Shown here: positions 32,899 through 41,885 of the stretch, piece after piece | How positions within the stretch are numbered: the stretch's first letter is position 1 | Layout of the letters: each line of letters opens with the position of its first letter | Assembly (NCBI GenBank): GCA_044375695.1 | Contig: JBILMG010000001.1 | Coordinates: 1-54,827, forward strand | From: Minisyncoccia bacterium | GTDB lineage: Bacteria > Patescibacteriota > Minisyncoccia > Phycocordibacterales > JAACPR01 | Reading direction: 5' to 3' | DNA: 54,827 nucleotides | The notes under the pieces: model-generated | What the model was told of the DNA's origin: nothing | The model's database searches: none | What the model saw: the letters and a program-made list of their open reading frames with translations, nothing else | Program-made: the position numbers and the translations under genes

Positions 32899-33124
32899 CC
32901 AACTCGTGCCAGGTTGTCGCGCTCGAGACGCGTCGGTGCCAGATAACGGGTATTCTCTTTTCGTATCTAAATGGGTGGGCGCTTACCAAAGACGGTAAGG
33001 TGTGCTAACGCACCATAACTTTTTGAAGTGCGAGAGACGCGGCGCTCTGGTTTTTAAAAAAATCACCAAACGGACTAGCTCAGCCTTAGCCGGCGGCGGC
33101 CCTCCTGGGCCTGCCCGACAAAAT

Positions 33125-33152
33125 ATTGACATAATATCTATATATTATATAA
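33125..33152 (+). promoter_or_regulatory. Consensus sigma70 promoter
   Basis: TTGACA, 16 nt, TATAAT in a very AT-rich patch. Confidence 0.7.
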
Positions 33153-33186
33153 TATTAATCGTCGTAGACCCTTCAAAAATTTGAAT

Positions 33187-33239
33187 TTGTCGCGGCGCTC
33201 AGAAGCTCGGCTGACTTAGGCTTTTGAGCGCCGCGACAA
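33187..33239 (+). promoter_or_regulatory. 15-bp perfect stem hairpin in the 5' UTR of the 33289 gene
   Basis: TTGTCGCGGCGCTCA-23 nt-TGAGCGCCGCGACAA, with no T-tract on the plus strand. Confidence 0.5.
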
Positions 33240-33288
33240 AAATCGCCGCATCAAAATTAGGCAAACAATTCACAACGAAGACGCAATT

Positions 33289-33663
33289 ATGAATATCCAA
33301 ACGTACATTCTCCTCGGGGTTATCCTCGGCCCAATCTTCTTGGCCGCCCTTGTCTCGACCTGGTCCCAGCTGTCTCCCTACGGGCACGGTTTGGTCGCCG
33401 GCCCCAAGGATGAGCGAGTCCTCGTTACCCGCAAATCCTGGTCGCCCATCAACATCGAGGTGCTCCGCCTGGTTCTCACCAGGAGCTGGGCGCTGAAATG
33501 GAAGTGGTTCCGCGCCAAGTGCGTCTGGGAAATGTCGCTCGTGCTGGTGTCCTGCGTGGCCTTTTGGCCGCTCGTGGCGCTGCAGGCGATCGTCGCTTAC
33601 GCAATATTTGTGGCAAGGAAGCTGCTTTTTCCGGTTACGGAAAAGAGGGTGTCGGCGCAGTGA
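33289..33663 (+). CDS. Small membrane protein, hypothetical
   Basis: 124 aa with N- and C-terminal TM segments. Confidence 0.5.
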   Translation: MNIQTYILLGVILGPIFLAALVSTWSQLSPYGHGLVAGPKDERVLVTRKSWSPINIEVLRLVLTRSWALKWKWFRAKCVWEMSLVLVSCVAFWPLVALQAIVAYAIFVARKLLFPVTEKRVSAQ

Positions 33664-33841
33664 GATGCCCCCGCTGCCCGGTGTCCCGATCTGGCGCTGC
33701 TCCTCCGGAGCGGCGCTTTTCTTTTTTTGGACCCTGCCGAGATCGAACCCCTGCGCCCGCGACGTCGACCTTGCCGCGCGAACCGCGGCGCACTTTGGCA
33801 CCCACACCCCTCACCCAGGGTGTACACTCCCACCACAACTA

Positions 33842-34492
33842 ATGCGTAAAAAAATGATCGGAACCTTCGTGGCCGTAGCCGGCATCTTGGTTCTCTGGTC
33901 GGTTTGGGGCTACTTCGGCTCTCGGGTGGAGCAGGCTGACTACGTTGTCCTGCGCCGGGCAGACGGCTACGAGGTCCGCGAGTACCCGGCGCGCATCGTG
34001 GCTCAGACGACGGTGGCGGGCGCTCACGACGAGTCTATGGGCGAAGGCTTCCGCATCGTGGCGGGCTACATCTTTGGCGGCAACACCAGGCGGGAGGTCA
34101 TCGCCATGACCGCGCCGGTGTTCGCAGAGGCTCGCGGCGCCGCGTCTGGCTCGGAGAACATCGCCATGACCGCGCCGGTCGTGGTTTCGCCCGAAGGCGA
34201 ATCGCAGGTGGTCTCGTTCGGCATGCCGCGCGCCTACACCCTCGACACGCTGCCGACGCCGAGCGACCCGCGCGTGAAGATTGTGGCCCTCCCCGCGAAG
34301 AGGTACGCGGTCGCCTCGTTCTCGTGGTACCGCTCGGACGCTCGGGTGGCGCGCGCCAAAGAGGCGCTGCTTTCGGCTCTGGCGCGCGACGGCGTCACGG
34401 TAAAGGAAGGTGTCGCCTACGCTGGCTACAGCGCGCCCTGGACGCCGCCGTGGATGCTGCGCAACGAGGTGCTGGTGGAGGTGGCCGGGTAG
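33842..34492 (+). CDS. SOUL heme-binding family protein
   Basis: YEVREYPARIVAQT, FRIVAGYIFGGN, IAMTAPV (twice), ...AYAGYSAPWTPPWMLRNEV; the ATG at 33842 lies within ORF 33608-34492. Confidence 0.75.
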   Translation: MRKKMIGTFVAVAGILVLWSVWGYFGSRVEQADYVVLRRADGYEVREYPARIVAQTTVAGAHDESMGEGFRIVAGYIFGGNTRREVIAMTAPVFAEARGAASGSENIAMTAPVVVSPEGESQVVSFGMPRAYTLDTLPTPSDPRVKIVALPAKRYAVASFSWYRSDARVARAKEALLSALARDGVTVKEGVAYAGYSAPWTPPWMLRNEVLVEVAG

Positions 34493-34649
34493 CTCTCTGC
34501 CGCGCCAGCTTTGCCGGTGTCCCAGGTTTCGTTTGAGGCGCGCCCCGTCGCGCGACGGGGCGGGTCTTGGCTTCTTCGCCTTTCGCCCGTGGCCCGGCTG
34601 CCGCTGAGCCTCTCTGTTCAAAGTGCTAGCCGCGGGCCATACTCGTCCC

Positions 34650-36155
34650 ATGAAAGTCGCCGCGCTCGTCTACCCGCACCAGCTCTTCGAGGAGCACCCG
34701 GCTGTCGCGCGGGGCGCTACGGCCTACGTCGTAGAAGACCCGCTCTACTTCTCGCGGTACAAGTTCCACAAGCAGAAGCTGGTGCTGCACCGCGCGAGCA
34801 TGCGGGCGTACGCCGACGCGCTGCGGGCGGAAGGCTGCGACGTGCGGTACGTAGAGCACGCGCAGGCCGCCGCCACGCCGCTCAGCCAGCTGCTCAAAGC
34901 TGACGGCGTGACCGAGGTGCGCGTAGCCGACGTCGTGGACGATTGGCTCGGCAAGAAAATCGCCCGCGAGGCGCGCCTCGCGGGCGCCGCGCTCGTCTGG
35001 CTCCCGACGCCCCAGTTCCTCACGTCCGACGAAGACGCGCGAGCGTACCGGCGCACCAGGAAAAGCCTTCTGCACCACGCGTTCTACACGTGGCAGCGCA
35101 AGCGTCTCGGCGTGCTTGTGGATAGCGGGAAACCGCGCGGCGGAAGGTGGAGCTACGACGCCGAGAACCGGCAGGCGCTCCCGAAGGGTGTGGCGCTGCC
35201 AAAGGATTACGCCGCGCCGCGGAACGCCTACGTCGAAGAGGCGATCGCGTACGTGGAGAAAAATTTTGGCGGCCACTACGGTCGTTCCGACGCCTTTGCG
35301 TACGCGGTTACCCGCGAGGATGCCCGCGCCTGCCTGCAGACTTTCCTGCGCGACCGCCTCGATCTCTTCGGCGCCTACGAGGACGCGGTGAGCGCGCGGG
35401 GGCACGTGCTCTTCCACAGCGCGCTGTCGCCGTACCTCAACAACGGGCTCTTGACGCCGCGCGAGGTGCTCGACGCGGCGCTCCGCTACGGCGAGAGGCA
35501 CGCGACGCCCATCGCGTCGCTCGAGGGCTTCGTGCGGCAGCTCATCGGGTGGCGAGAGTTCGTCCGCGTGGTGTACGTGTGCGACGGCGCGCGAATGCGC
35601 CGCCAGAACGCGCTCGGGGCGAACCGAATCCTGACGGGCGCCTGGTGGGACGGCACGACCGGACTCCTGCCCGTAGACGAGTCTATCAAGCTGCTCGAGA
35701 GGTACGCGTACACCCACCACATCGTGCGCCTGATGATTCTCGGCAACGTAATGACGCTGCTGGGCGTTCACCCCGACGAGGGCTACCGGTGGTTTATGGA
35801 ATGGTACATCGACGCCTACGATTGGGTCATGGTGCCCAACGTGTACGGAATGGCGCTCTTCGCCGACGGCGGGAGTATGGTCACGAAGCCGTACGTCTCG
35901 TCTTCGCGCTACGTTCTCAAGATGTCCGACTACCCGAAGGGGGACTGGTGCGGCAAGTGGGACGCGCTCTACTGGACGTTCGTGCGCGACCACGCGGAGC
36001 TGCTGTCGCGCAACGTTCGGGCCTCGTTCGCCGTCTCGCTGCTCGCGCGCCTCGCCGAAGGGAAGAGGCGGGAACACTTTCGGGTCGCGGACGAGACTCG
36101 CGAGGCGATTACCGGCTTGGGGGAGCGGCCGCCGCGAAATAGAATAGAGGGATGA
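34650..36155 (+). CDS. Cryptochrome/photolyase-related protein (COG3046-type)
   Basis: HHIVRLMILGNVMTLLGVHPDEGYRWFMEWYIDAYDWVMVPNVYGMALFADGGSMVTKPYVSSSRYVLKMSDY. Confidence 0.8.
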   Translation: MKVAALVYPHQLFEEHPAVARGATAYVVEDPLYFSRYKFHKQKLVLHRASMRAYADALRAEGCDVRYVEHAQAAATPLSQLLKADGVTEVRVADVVDDWLGKKIAREARLAGAALVWLPTPQFLTSDEDARAYRRTRKSLLHHAFYTWQRKRLGVLVDSGKPRGGRWSYDAENRQALPKGVALPKDYAAPRNAYVEEAIAYVEKNFGGHYGRSDAFAYAVTREDARACLQTFLRDRLDLFGAYEDAVSARGHVLFHSALSPYLNNGLLTPREVLDAALRYGERHATPIASLEGFVRQLIGWREFVRVVYVCDGARMRRQNALGANRILTGAWWDGTTGLLPVDESIKLLERYAYTHHIVRLMILGNVMTLLGVHPDEGYRWFMEWYIDAYDWVMVPNVYGMALFADGGSMVTKPYVSSSRYVLKMSDYPKGDWCGKWDALYWTFVRDHAELLSRNVRASFAVSLLARLAEGKRREHFRVADETREAITGLGERPPRNRIEG

Positions 36156-36562
36156 GCCCCGAACAGTTGTCCTGGTACTCGCAGCTAGCCAAGCCCGTCT
36201 GGGCCCCGCCGAGCTGGGTTTTTGGGCCGGTCTGGACCGCGCTCTACGCAATTATTGCCGTCTCGTTCGGCGCGGTTTTCTACCGGGCGTTCAAGGGGGA
36301 GGTGCCGCGCGCCGTCGCGCTGCCGTTCGCGCTCAACCTCTTCTTCAACTTTATCTTCACGCCGATTCAGTTTGGGCTTCAGAGCAACGTGCTCGCGGCC
36401 GTCGACATCCTGCTGGTGGTCGGCACGCTCGTCTGGGCGCTCGTCTCTATCGGGCGCGTCTCGCCTCGTCTTCGCTGGGTGGCCTACGCCAACATTCCGT
36501 ACCTGCTGTGGGGCAGCTTCGCCACCGCGCTGCAGCTGACCGTCACGTACCTGAACTGGTAG
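36152..36562 (+). CDS. tspO: TspO/MBR tryptophan-rich sensory protein
   Basis: WYSQLAKPVWAPPSWVFGPVWTALY; 5 TM helices; ATGA overlap with the upstream gene. Confidence 0.8.
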   Translation: MSPEQLSWYSQLAKPVWAPPSWVFGPVWTALYAIIAVSFGAVFYRAFKGEVPRAVALPFALNLFFNFIFTPIQFGLQSNVLAAVDILLVVGTLVWALVSIGRVSPRLRWVAYANIPYLLWGSFATALQLTVTYLNW

Positions 36563-36585
36563 AGGCTATTAGAAAAACCTAGCCC

Positions 36586-37122
36586 ATGAGCAAAAATTCA
36601 ACCCAAGCCCTGCTGGAGTCCCACGTCCGCGACGAGTACCAGCGCCACCACGCGCTGATGGTCGCGACGGCTATGGAAGGCTACGCGCAGAAGCTCGGCG
36701 AAGACGCCGCGCTTTGGTACGCGACAGGCCTCTTGCACGACGTCGACTACGAAGAGCACCCGCACGAGCACCCGGGGCCGTCTTTGGGCTGGCTGAAAGA
36801 GTGGGGCTACCCGGACGAGATGATCCACGCGGTCGAGGCGCACGCCTACGGCTACAACGGCTTCACGACGCTGCCGCAGACGAAGCTGGCGGCTGCGCTG
36901 ATGGCCTGTGACGAGCTGTGCGGCATCTTCTACGCCTACAAGAAAATGAACCCCGTGCCGTACGGGCAGATGAAGGCGAGCTCGATCAAGAAGAAGTTCG
37001 CCGACCCAAACTTCGCCGCCAAGATTAAGCGCGAGGACATCGTCCGCGGCGTCGAGGCTTTAGGCGTCTCGCTCGACGAGCACATTCAGAACCTGATTGG
37101 GTTTCTGGCGAAGCTGGACTAG
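36586..37122 (+). CDS. HD-domain hydrolase (COG2316-like)
   Basis: LLHDVDYEEHPHEHP and HAVEAHAYG. Confidence 0.65.
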   Translation: MSKNSTQALLESHVRDEYQRHHALMVATAMEGYAQKLGEDAALWYATGLLHDVDYEEHPHEHPGPSLGWLKEWGYPDEMIHAVEAHAYGYNGFTTLPQTKLAAALMACDELCGIFYAYKKMNPVPYGQMKASSIKKKFADPNFAAKIKREDIVRGVEALGVSLDEHIQNLIGFLAKLD

Positions 37123-37157
37123 GCACGAGGTCTCTTTGGGCGTGATAAAGTTTTTGC

Positions 37158-37604
37158 ATGGAACAAGCCGACAACGTCTCCGCGCAGAAAACTAAGAAGA
37201 AAAAACCGGCAGTGTGGAAGTCGGCGCTCGTGGCGATGATGATCCCCATTGGCCTGATCGTCGTAATCGTGAACTTTAAGTACCCGCTCGGTTTGATTGG
37301 CTTCAATTACGAGTACAGCGAAGGCGTCCGCGTCGGGCGCGTGGTTAAGGTGAGCGAGCGGGGAGTGATCTGGAAGACTTTCGAGGTCAGCTTGGGCGTT
37401 ACTCAGAGCGGCGCCTATATTGAGAAGTGGGACTTCTCCGTCGACTCTGCTGACGCTGGCGGGGAACAGCTAAAGCAAGCTCTCCTTGCGGCCGCCAGGA
37501 GCGGCCAGCTGGTCGAGGTGAAGTACTCGCAGCGAATCGGCGCTCTTCCTTGGCGGTCTAAAACCTCCTACCTGGCGGAAGAGGTGACCCCGCTCAGCGA
37601 GTAA
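37158..37604 (+). CDS. Membrane-anchored hypothetical protein
   Basis: Lys-rich N-terminus and one TM helix. Confidence 0.5.
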   Translation: MEQADNVSAQKTKKKKPAVWKSALVAMMIPIGLIVVIVNFKYPLGLIGFNYEYSEGVRVGRVVKVSERGVIWKTFEVSLGVTQSGAYIEKWDFSVDSADAGGEQLKQALLAAARSGQLVEVKYSQRIGALPWRSKTSYLAEEVTPLSE

Positions 37605-37661
37605 TCGTGACGGAGCAAGTTTCGGCACTAAGCTACCTATCGTTCAGCTAAAATCCCTCCC

Positions 37662-38468
37662 ATGAAATTCAACGAGGTCACCTGGTACTCCAAGCTCGCG
37701 GCGTCTGTTTTCTTTATCGGCGTCCTGCCGTCGATGACGTTCGTGCTCGGCGCGCGGTACCAGGAGGCGAATGACATCGTGGAGTCTGCGGCGATGCTCT
37801 CGGCGGCCGAAGCTACGCCGCCGCGATCGTCGGGCAAAATTAGCTACGTCACCAAAGAGATCAACGGCTTCGCCGTGCCGCAGGTCGTCGGCTACCGCGA
37901 CGCGGCGGTCATGGACAGAGTGAACACGCGCCTCTCGGATATGGCGTACGAGGCCGGCTGCGATCCAGAATTCCTGGCCCAGCCCGACGCGCCAGAGACC
38001 TACTACGATGCCAGCTTCTCGGTGTCGTACGCCGAGAACGATGTCCTCAGCGTCTACCTGCGCGCCTCGTGGTACTGCGGCGGCCCGTACCCGACCAACG
38101 GCGCCAACCATTCGGTCACGTTCGATATGCAGACGGGAGAAGAGGTGGCCTTCGCCGACCTGTTCGATCGCTACGTCCGAAACCGGAGCGCCATCGCGGC
38201 CACCATTTTCGCCGAGCAGATTCAGAAGTACGACGGCCCCGAGGACGGGCAGTCTTGCAATGGAATGTACTCGCTCCGGTTCGAGAATGATCAGCCGACC
38301 CTTTTCAGCTTCGCCGACGATCTCGCGTACCGCATCGAGGGCGGGGACGTCGTGGCGGAGCCAATCTTCCCGCACGTGATCGCGGCCTGCGCGGAAGAGG
38401 GGAGGGCGTCGGCCGCGAGCCTGTCTAAGTTCTTCGCGTCGGGCAGCCTGCTCTCGCGGGTTCGCTAG
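37662..38468 (+). CDS. DUF3298-like domain protein (distant paralogue of 261-1019)
   Basis: TM anchor; WYCGGPYPTNGANHSVTFDMQTGEEV resembles the DUF3298 core. Confidence 0.55.
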   Translation: MKFNEVTWYSKLAASVFFIGVLPSMTFVLGARYQEANDIVESAAMLSAAEATPPRSSGKISYVTKEINGFAVPQVVGYRDAAVMDRVNTRLSDMAYEAGCDPEFLAQPDAPETYYDASFSVSYAENDVLSVYLRASWYCGGPYPTNGANHSVTFDMQTGEEVAFADLFDRYVRNRSAIAATIFAEQIQKYDGPEDGQSCNGMYSLRFENDQPTLFSFADDLAYRIEGGDVVAEPIFPHVIAACAEEGRASAASLSKFFASGSLLSRVR

Positions 38469-38543
38469 CCGCGAGATTTCTTTTCTCGAGAAATTCAAAA
38501 AAGAAAAGGCTCCCCGCGACGCGGGGAGCCTGGCGTTTCGAAA

Positions 38544-39101
38544 CTACGCTTCGCCCGGATGGTTCCAGTCGAAGAAGGCGACCTTCTCGCGGGCGCTCAC
38601 GTCGCCCTTGAGCTCGCCGATGTCGGGCCCGGGGTAAACCGAGTGAATGATGACCGCGACCTGCTGATCTTCCCGGCGAACCTCGTAGACAAAGGTAACG
38701 AGGTTGGTTTTCGGGGCAATGAGGCCAGCGCCGAGGCGGGCGCGTTTGCCCCAGCTCCCGCGGTTGAGGTCGAAATCTTCGAGGTCTCCCGCATCGATCT
38801 GCTCGAGTGGTGCGGTCGAGGCCCAGCCGACGGGGCCGTCGAAGGCGACGGTCGAGCTGAAAGTGCCGGGCCCGCCATCTTCGCCGTAGTAGGTCTGGAC
38901 GATGGTGTCGGCCAGCTCTTTCAGCGCGCGGCTCCCGTCAAGGGAAAGGAGCTCGGGAATGCTGCGCGCCGTGAAAAAGTTTCCGGCGAGAGGTTCCTGG
39001 GTCCGGCGGAAACATTTTCCGGCCAGCCGGTCTTTGGTGCCACTGCGCGCGATGAGCGCGACGGGGAGGGTGTCGATTTTGCGATTGGTTTTAACGAACA
39101 T
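38544..39101 (-). CDS. Hypothetical protein
   Basis: 185-aa ORF with its own promoter; no family recognised. Confidence 0.55.
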   Translation of the reverse strand: MFVKTNRKIDTLPVALIARSGTKDRLAGKCFRRTQEPLAGNFFTARSIPELLSLDGSRALKELADTIVQTYYGEDGGPGTFSSTVAFDGPVGWASTAPLEQIDAGDLEDFDLNRGSWGKRARLGAGLIAPKTNLVTFVYEVRREDQQVAVIIHSVYPGPDIGELKGDVSAREKVAFFDWNHPGEA

Positions 39102-39175
39102 ACTGCCAGTTTCTTTCTGGTTCAGCGCCGCTTTAGCCGCGGCTGGCTTTGGGGCAGGGTGCCCCTACGAGTTAC

Positions 39176-39204
39176 TAATTACAATATTTAAAGTTTATTG
39201 TCAA
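39176..39204 (-). promoter_or_regulatory. Sigma70-type promoter for the 39101 gene
   Basis: Minus strand: TTGACA, 17 nt, TAATTA. Confidence 0.6.
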
Positions 39205-39263
39205 TAATTACGGCGCGCCGCCTTGGGGCAAAAAGAAAAGAGCCCGTTTCGGGGCTCTGCGCG

Positions 39264-39902
39264 TTACAGGTCGTCGCCTGCCGTTTCCGCCGCTACGGTT
39301 CGGTAGTCGATGCCGGTTATTTCTATTTCAGAGCTCGGCGCGAGCATTTCCGCGAGGCGCGAGGCGGTGCGGCCGGACGGGTCACATTCCGCAACTCTTC
39401 CGAGTATCCCCTCCGTGAAGGGGAAGTTGGTCGTCACGATTACGATCCGGCGCTCTTCGTACATCTGCCGCACGAAGCGCATGAAGCACTCGACGTCGGT
39501 ATTCGGGTGGAGCTTGCTCACATCTTGGAATTCGACGAACAGGTCATCCGGAATGACGATCGGGGCGCCGCCGTAAGGGACCGATGGGCGTATGATGTTG
39601 TCGAGCGTAAAGTCTGATCGGGAAAGCCAGATTTTCTCTACGATATCTGGCGCAACCTGCCTGAGGTGGTTTACCAGCGCCTCTACCAGGTGCGTCTTTC
39701 CTCGTCCGGGTTTGCCCCAGAACGCGAAAATTCGGGCCCGCTTGAACGGGTGCTCCTCGTTGAGAATTTGGTCGCGCATGCTCGCCAGCTTTTCGGCTAA
39801 GCCGCGGGCAGCGTCTAGAGCGGCGCGCCTTTCTGGCGCGCTGGCGTCGAATGAATCGAAGGTAGAATTTTCCCGAACTTGGGGAATGCAGTTTTTGGAC
39901 AT
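39264..39902 (-). CDS. DnaC/IstB-like AAA ATPase
   Basis: FDSFD N-terminal motif, Walker A GKPGRGKTHL, Walker B VIPDDLF; no adjacent IstA/transposase. Confidence 0.65.
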   Translation of the reverse strand: MSKNCIPQVRENSTFDSFDASAPERRAALDAARGLAEKLASMRDQILNEEHPFKRARIFAFWGKPGRGKTHLVEALVNHLRQVAPDIVEKIWLSRSDFTLDNIIRPSVPYGGAPIVIPDDLFVEFQDVSKLHPNTDVECFMRFVRQMYEERRIVIVTTNFPFTEGILGRVAECDPSGRTASRLAEMLAPSSEIEITGIDYRTVAAETAGDDL

Positions 39903-39977
39903 GATTGGAAAGAGGGGATTTGGTGTCGTTTTTGATATAAAAACATAATTTTGTCAAATATAGGGACGGCATAAAGT

Positions 39978-40007
39978 TTGACAATAAGCATATTTTATGA
40001 GTAATTA
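39978..40007 (+). promoter_or_regulatory. Sigma70-type promoter for the 40060 gene
   Basis: TTGACA, 18 nt, TAATTA. Confidence 0.55.
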
Positions 40008-40059
40008 TTGAACGTAAAGCATCCCGGCTGAAAGTCGGAGGCACATTCCAAAACCACAC

Positions 40060-41196
40060 ATGAACCAAGAAATAAGATACAAAATTGCCGCCCTGCACAA
40101 GACACCCGCCAAGATCTGCCTCGTGGTGACCGGCGCTTCCGCCGGCTGCCAGCAGCTCATCACGTCGGTTCCGGGCGCTTCGGGCACGCTGCTCGAGAGC
40201 CGCCTGCCCTACGATCGCGTGGCGCTCTCGCGCTTCATGAAGCGCCCCGAAAAGGTCTACCCGGTAACGGAAGAGACCGCGCTCGATATGGCCGCTAGGG
40301 CCTGGCGTAACGCGAGGGGAATTATCCTGAGCCAAGAGGGAGACCCCGAGCAGGCTTTCGGCGTGGCTGTGACCGGCGTCATTGACGCTGGGCGCGCTCA
40401 GCGCGGCGAGCTCAGGCTCCACATGGCCGTGCGCGGCTCGAACGACTTCCTGGTCGCGAACGTCATGTTCGGGAAAGACGCGGACAACCGCTCTGTTCTC
40501 GGGCGCGAGCGGGAAGGGGAGCTCTCCGACCTGATGGCCCTCAACCTGATTCTCCTGGCCTCTGGCCTAGATCAGATCGCCTTCCCAAACGATCACCTCT
40601 CCGGGAACCTGGCAGACATGGGCGGCGCTGGATCAATCCTGGCTCCATTCCGCGTCTTGCCGACGGTGACCTCGACCGAGGTTGATCCGAACCGGCACGT
40701 GCTGTTCGATGGCTCCTTCAACCCGTGGCACCACGGTCACGAAAATATCGCCGACGAGGTGGAATTGAGGACCGGAAAAAAGGTGGTCTACGTGATCACC
40801 GACAGCCATCCGAACAAAGGTCCGGTGCTGCCGGAAGAGCTCAGCGCGCGCGTCGGGCAGTTCTGTCGCCTCGCGCCGGTCCTCGTGACGAAAGGGCTCA
40901 AACTCTACGTGGACAAGGCAGAGGCGCACCCAGGCTTCTCGCGCGTTATCGGCGCAGATAGCCTGTGCCGCCTGCTCGATCCGGTGTACGGCGTCCCCGC
41001 TTCAGAGGTCCTGCAGAGGCTCCGCGATAGCGGCGCGCACTTCTTTGTGGCGGACCGTCCTCACGGTGCCGACGCGGCAACCTTCGAGGAAGTGTCTCGG
41101 CAGATTCCGCCGATGTTCCTGGACATGTTCACGCGTCTCGGCACGGTCATCGACGCGTCTTCGACCGCGGCCCGTGCCGCCGCCAAAAAGTCCTAA
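40060..41196 (+). CDS. Fusion protein: CinA-C/PncC-like domain + NadD-like nucleotidyltransferase
   Basis: The N-terminal half has VVTGASAGCQQLITSVPGASGTLLESRLPY (PncC-like pattern). The C-terminal half has FDGSFNPWHHGHENI (HxGH) and ...DASSTAAR (ISST-like). Confidence 0.6.
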   Translation: MNQEIRYKIAALHKTPAKICLVVTGASAGCQQLITSVPGASGTLLESRLPYDRVALSRFMKRPEKVYPVTEETALDMAARAWRNARGIILSQEGDPEQAFGVAVTGVIDAGRAQRGELRLHMAVRGSNDFLVANVMFGKDADNRSVLGREREGELSDLMALNLILLASGLDQIAFPNDHLSGNLADMGGAGSILAPFRVLPTVTSTEVDPNRHVLFDGSFNPWHHGHENIADEVELRTGKKVVYVITDSHPNKGPVLPEELSARVGQFCRLAPVLVTKGLKLYVDKAEAHPGFSRVIGADSLCRLLDPVYGVPASEVLQRLRDSGAHFFVADRPHGADAATFEEVSRQIPPMFLDMFTRLGTVIDASSTAARAAAKKS

Positions 41197-41268
41197 ATTC
41201 AGGCGCCCCTCAAGCGGGGCGTCTTTTCTTTTTGGCAAAAAGAAAACCCAGGAAACCCTGGGCGCTAA

Positions 41269-41652
41269 TCATTCGCAGAACCATTCATCGGGGAACTCTT
41301 CGATTCCGAGGCCGAGCGCGGCCGCTTTGGCTCGTTCCCACTTGGCGCCGGTCGAGCTTTCCCAGCCCGACAGGAACATGGTGGCGGCGAGGGCGCCCGA
41401 GGTGAAGATGCGGTTGTAGTAAACCTCGAGAACCTCGTAGCAGTAGCCGCCTTCTTCCGGTCTGTCCGCGCAGAGGCGCACGAGCGTCTCGAGGAAGGGC
41501 CCCTGATCGAAGGCGACGATGCCGCGTCCGCGGGCGATTTCGACCGCGCGCTCGACGCGGGCGATATTTTCCTCGAAGCTGCCGGCGCCGCCGGTGGTCA
41601 TGGGGCCGCAGATCTGCACGACCTTAGAGCCGTCTTCGGCGAGGCGCCGCAT
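41269..41652 (-). CDS. DUF4406 (nucleoside deoxyribosyltransferase-like) protein
   Basis: QICGPMTTGG and the overall size match the DUF4406 pattern. Confidence 0.5.
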   Translation of the reverse strand: MRRLAEDGSKVVQICGPMTTGGAGSFEENIARVERAVEIARGRGIVAFDQGPFLETLVRLCADRPEEGGYCYEVLEVYYNRIFTSGALAATMFLSGWESSTGAKWERAKAAALGLGIEEFPDEWFCE

Positions 41653-41811
41653 GACGCCGATTGCAATTTCGGCTGCGTCTTCAAAGGTTTGTACTTCCTT
41701 GAGGCGTTGGAGCTCTTGGGGGTTTGCTTGGTGTATTTTGGAGGGTGCAATTTCGCGTAATTTGCTACGTTATTTTATTGGTTTTGTCTAGTTTTGGGGT
41801 AGGGCAGAATA

Positions 41812-41840
41812 TTGACAATACTTAAATAAATGTGTATAAA
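41812..41840 (+). promoter_or_regulatory. Sigma70-type promoter for the 41886 gene
   Basis: TTGACA, 17 nt, TATAAA. Confidence 0.65.
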
Positions 41841-41885
41841 TAAAAAGAGCAATCTGGCGCAAATGCGCCGGCCTCCTCCTTCAAA

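Noticed and set aside
33060-33120. tRNA fragment suggested by TAGCTCAG at about 33077
   Set aside because: No acceptor, anticodon or T arm can be folded around it.
39264-39902. IS21-type insertion sequence (IstB)
   Set aside because: There is no IstA transposase, no terminal inverted repeats, and the gene has its own promoter and terminator. I kept it as a DnaC/IstB-like ATPase only.
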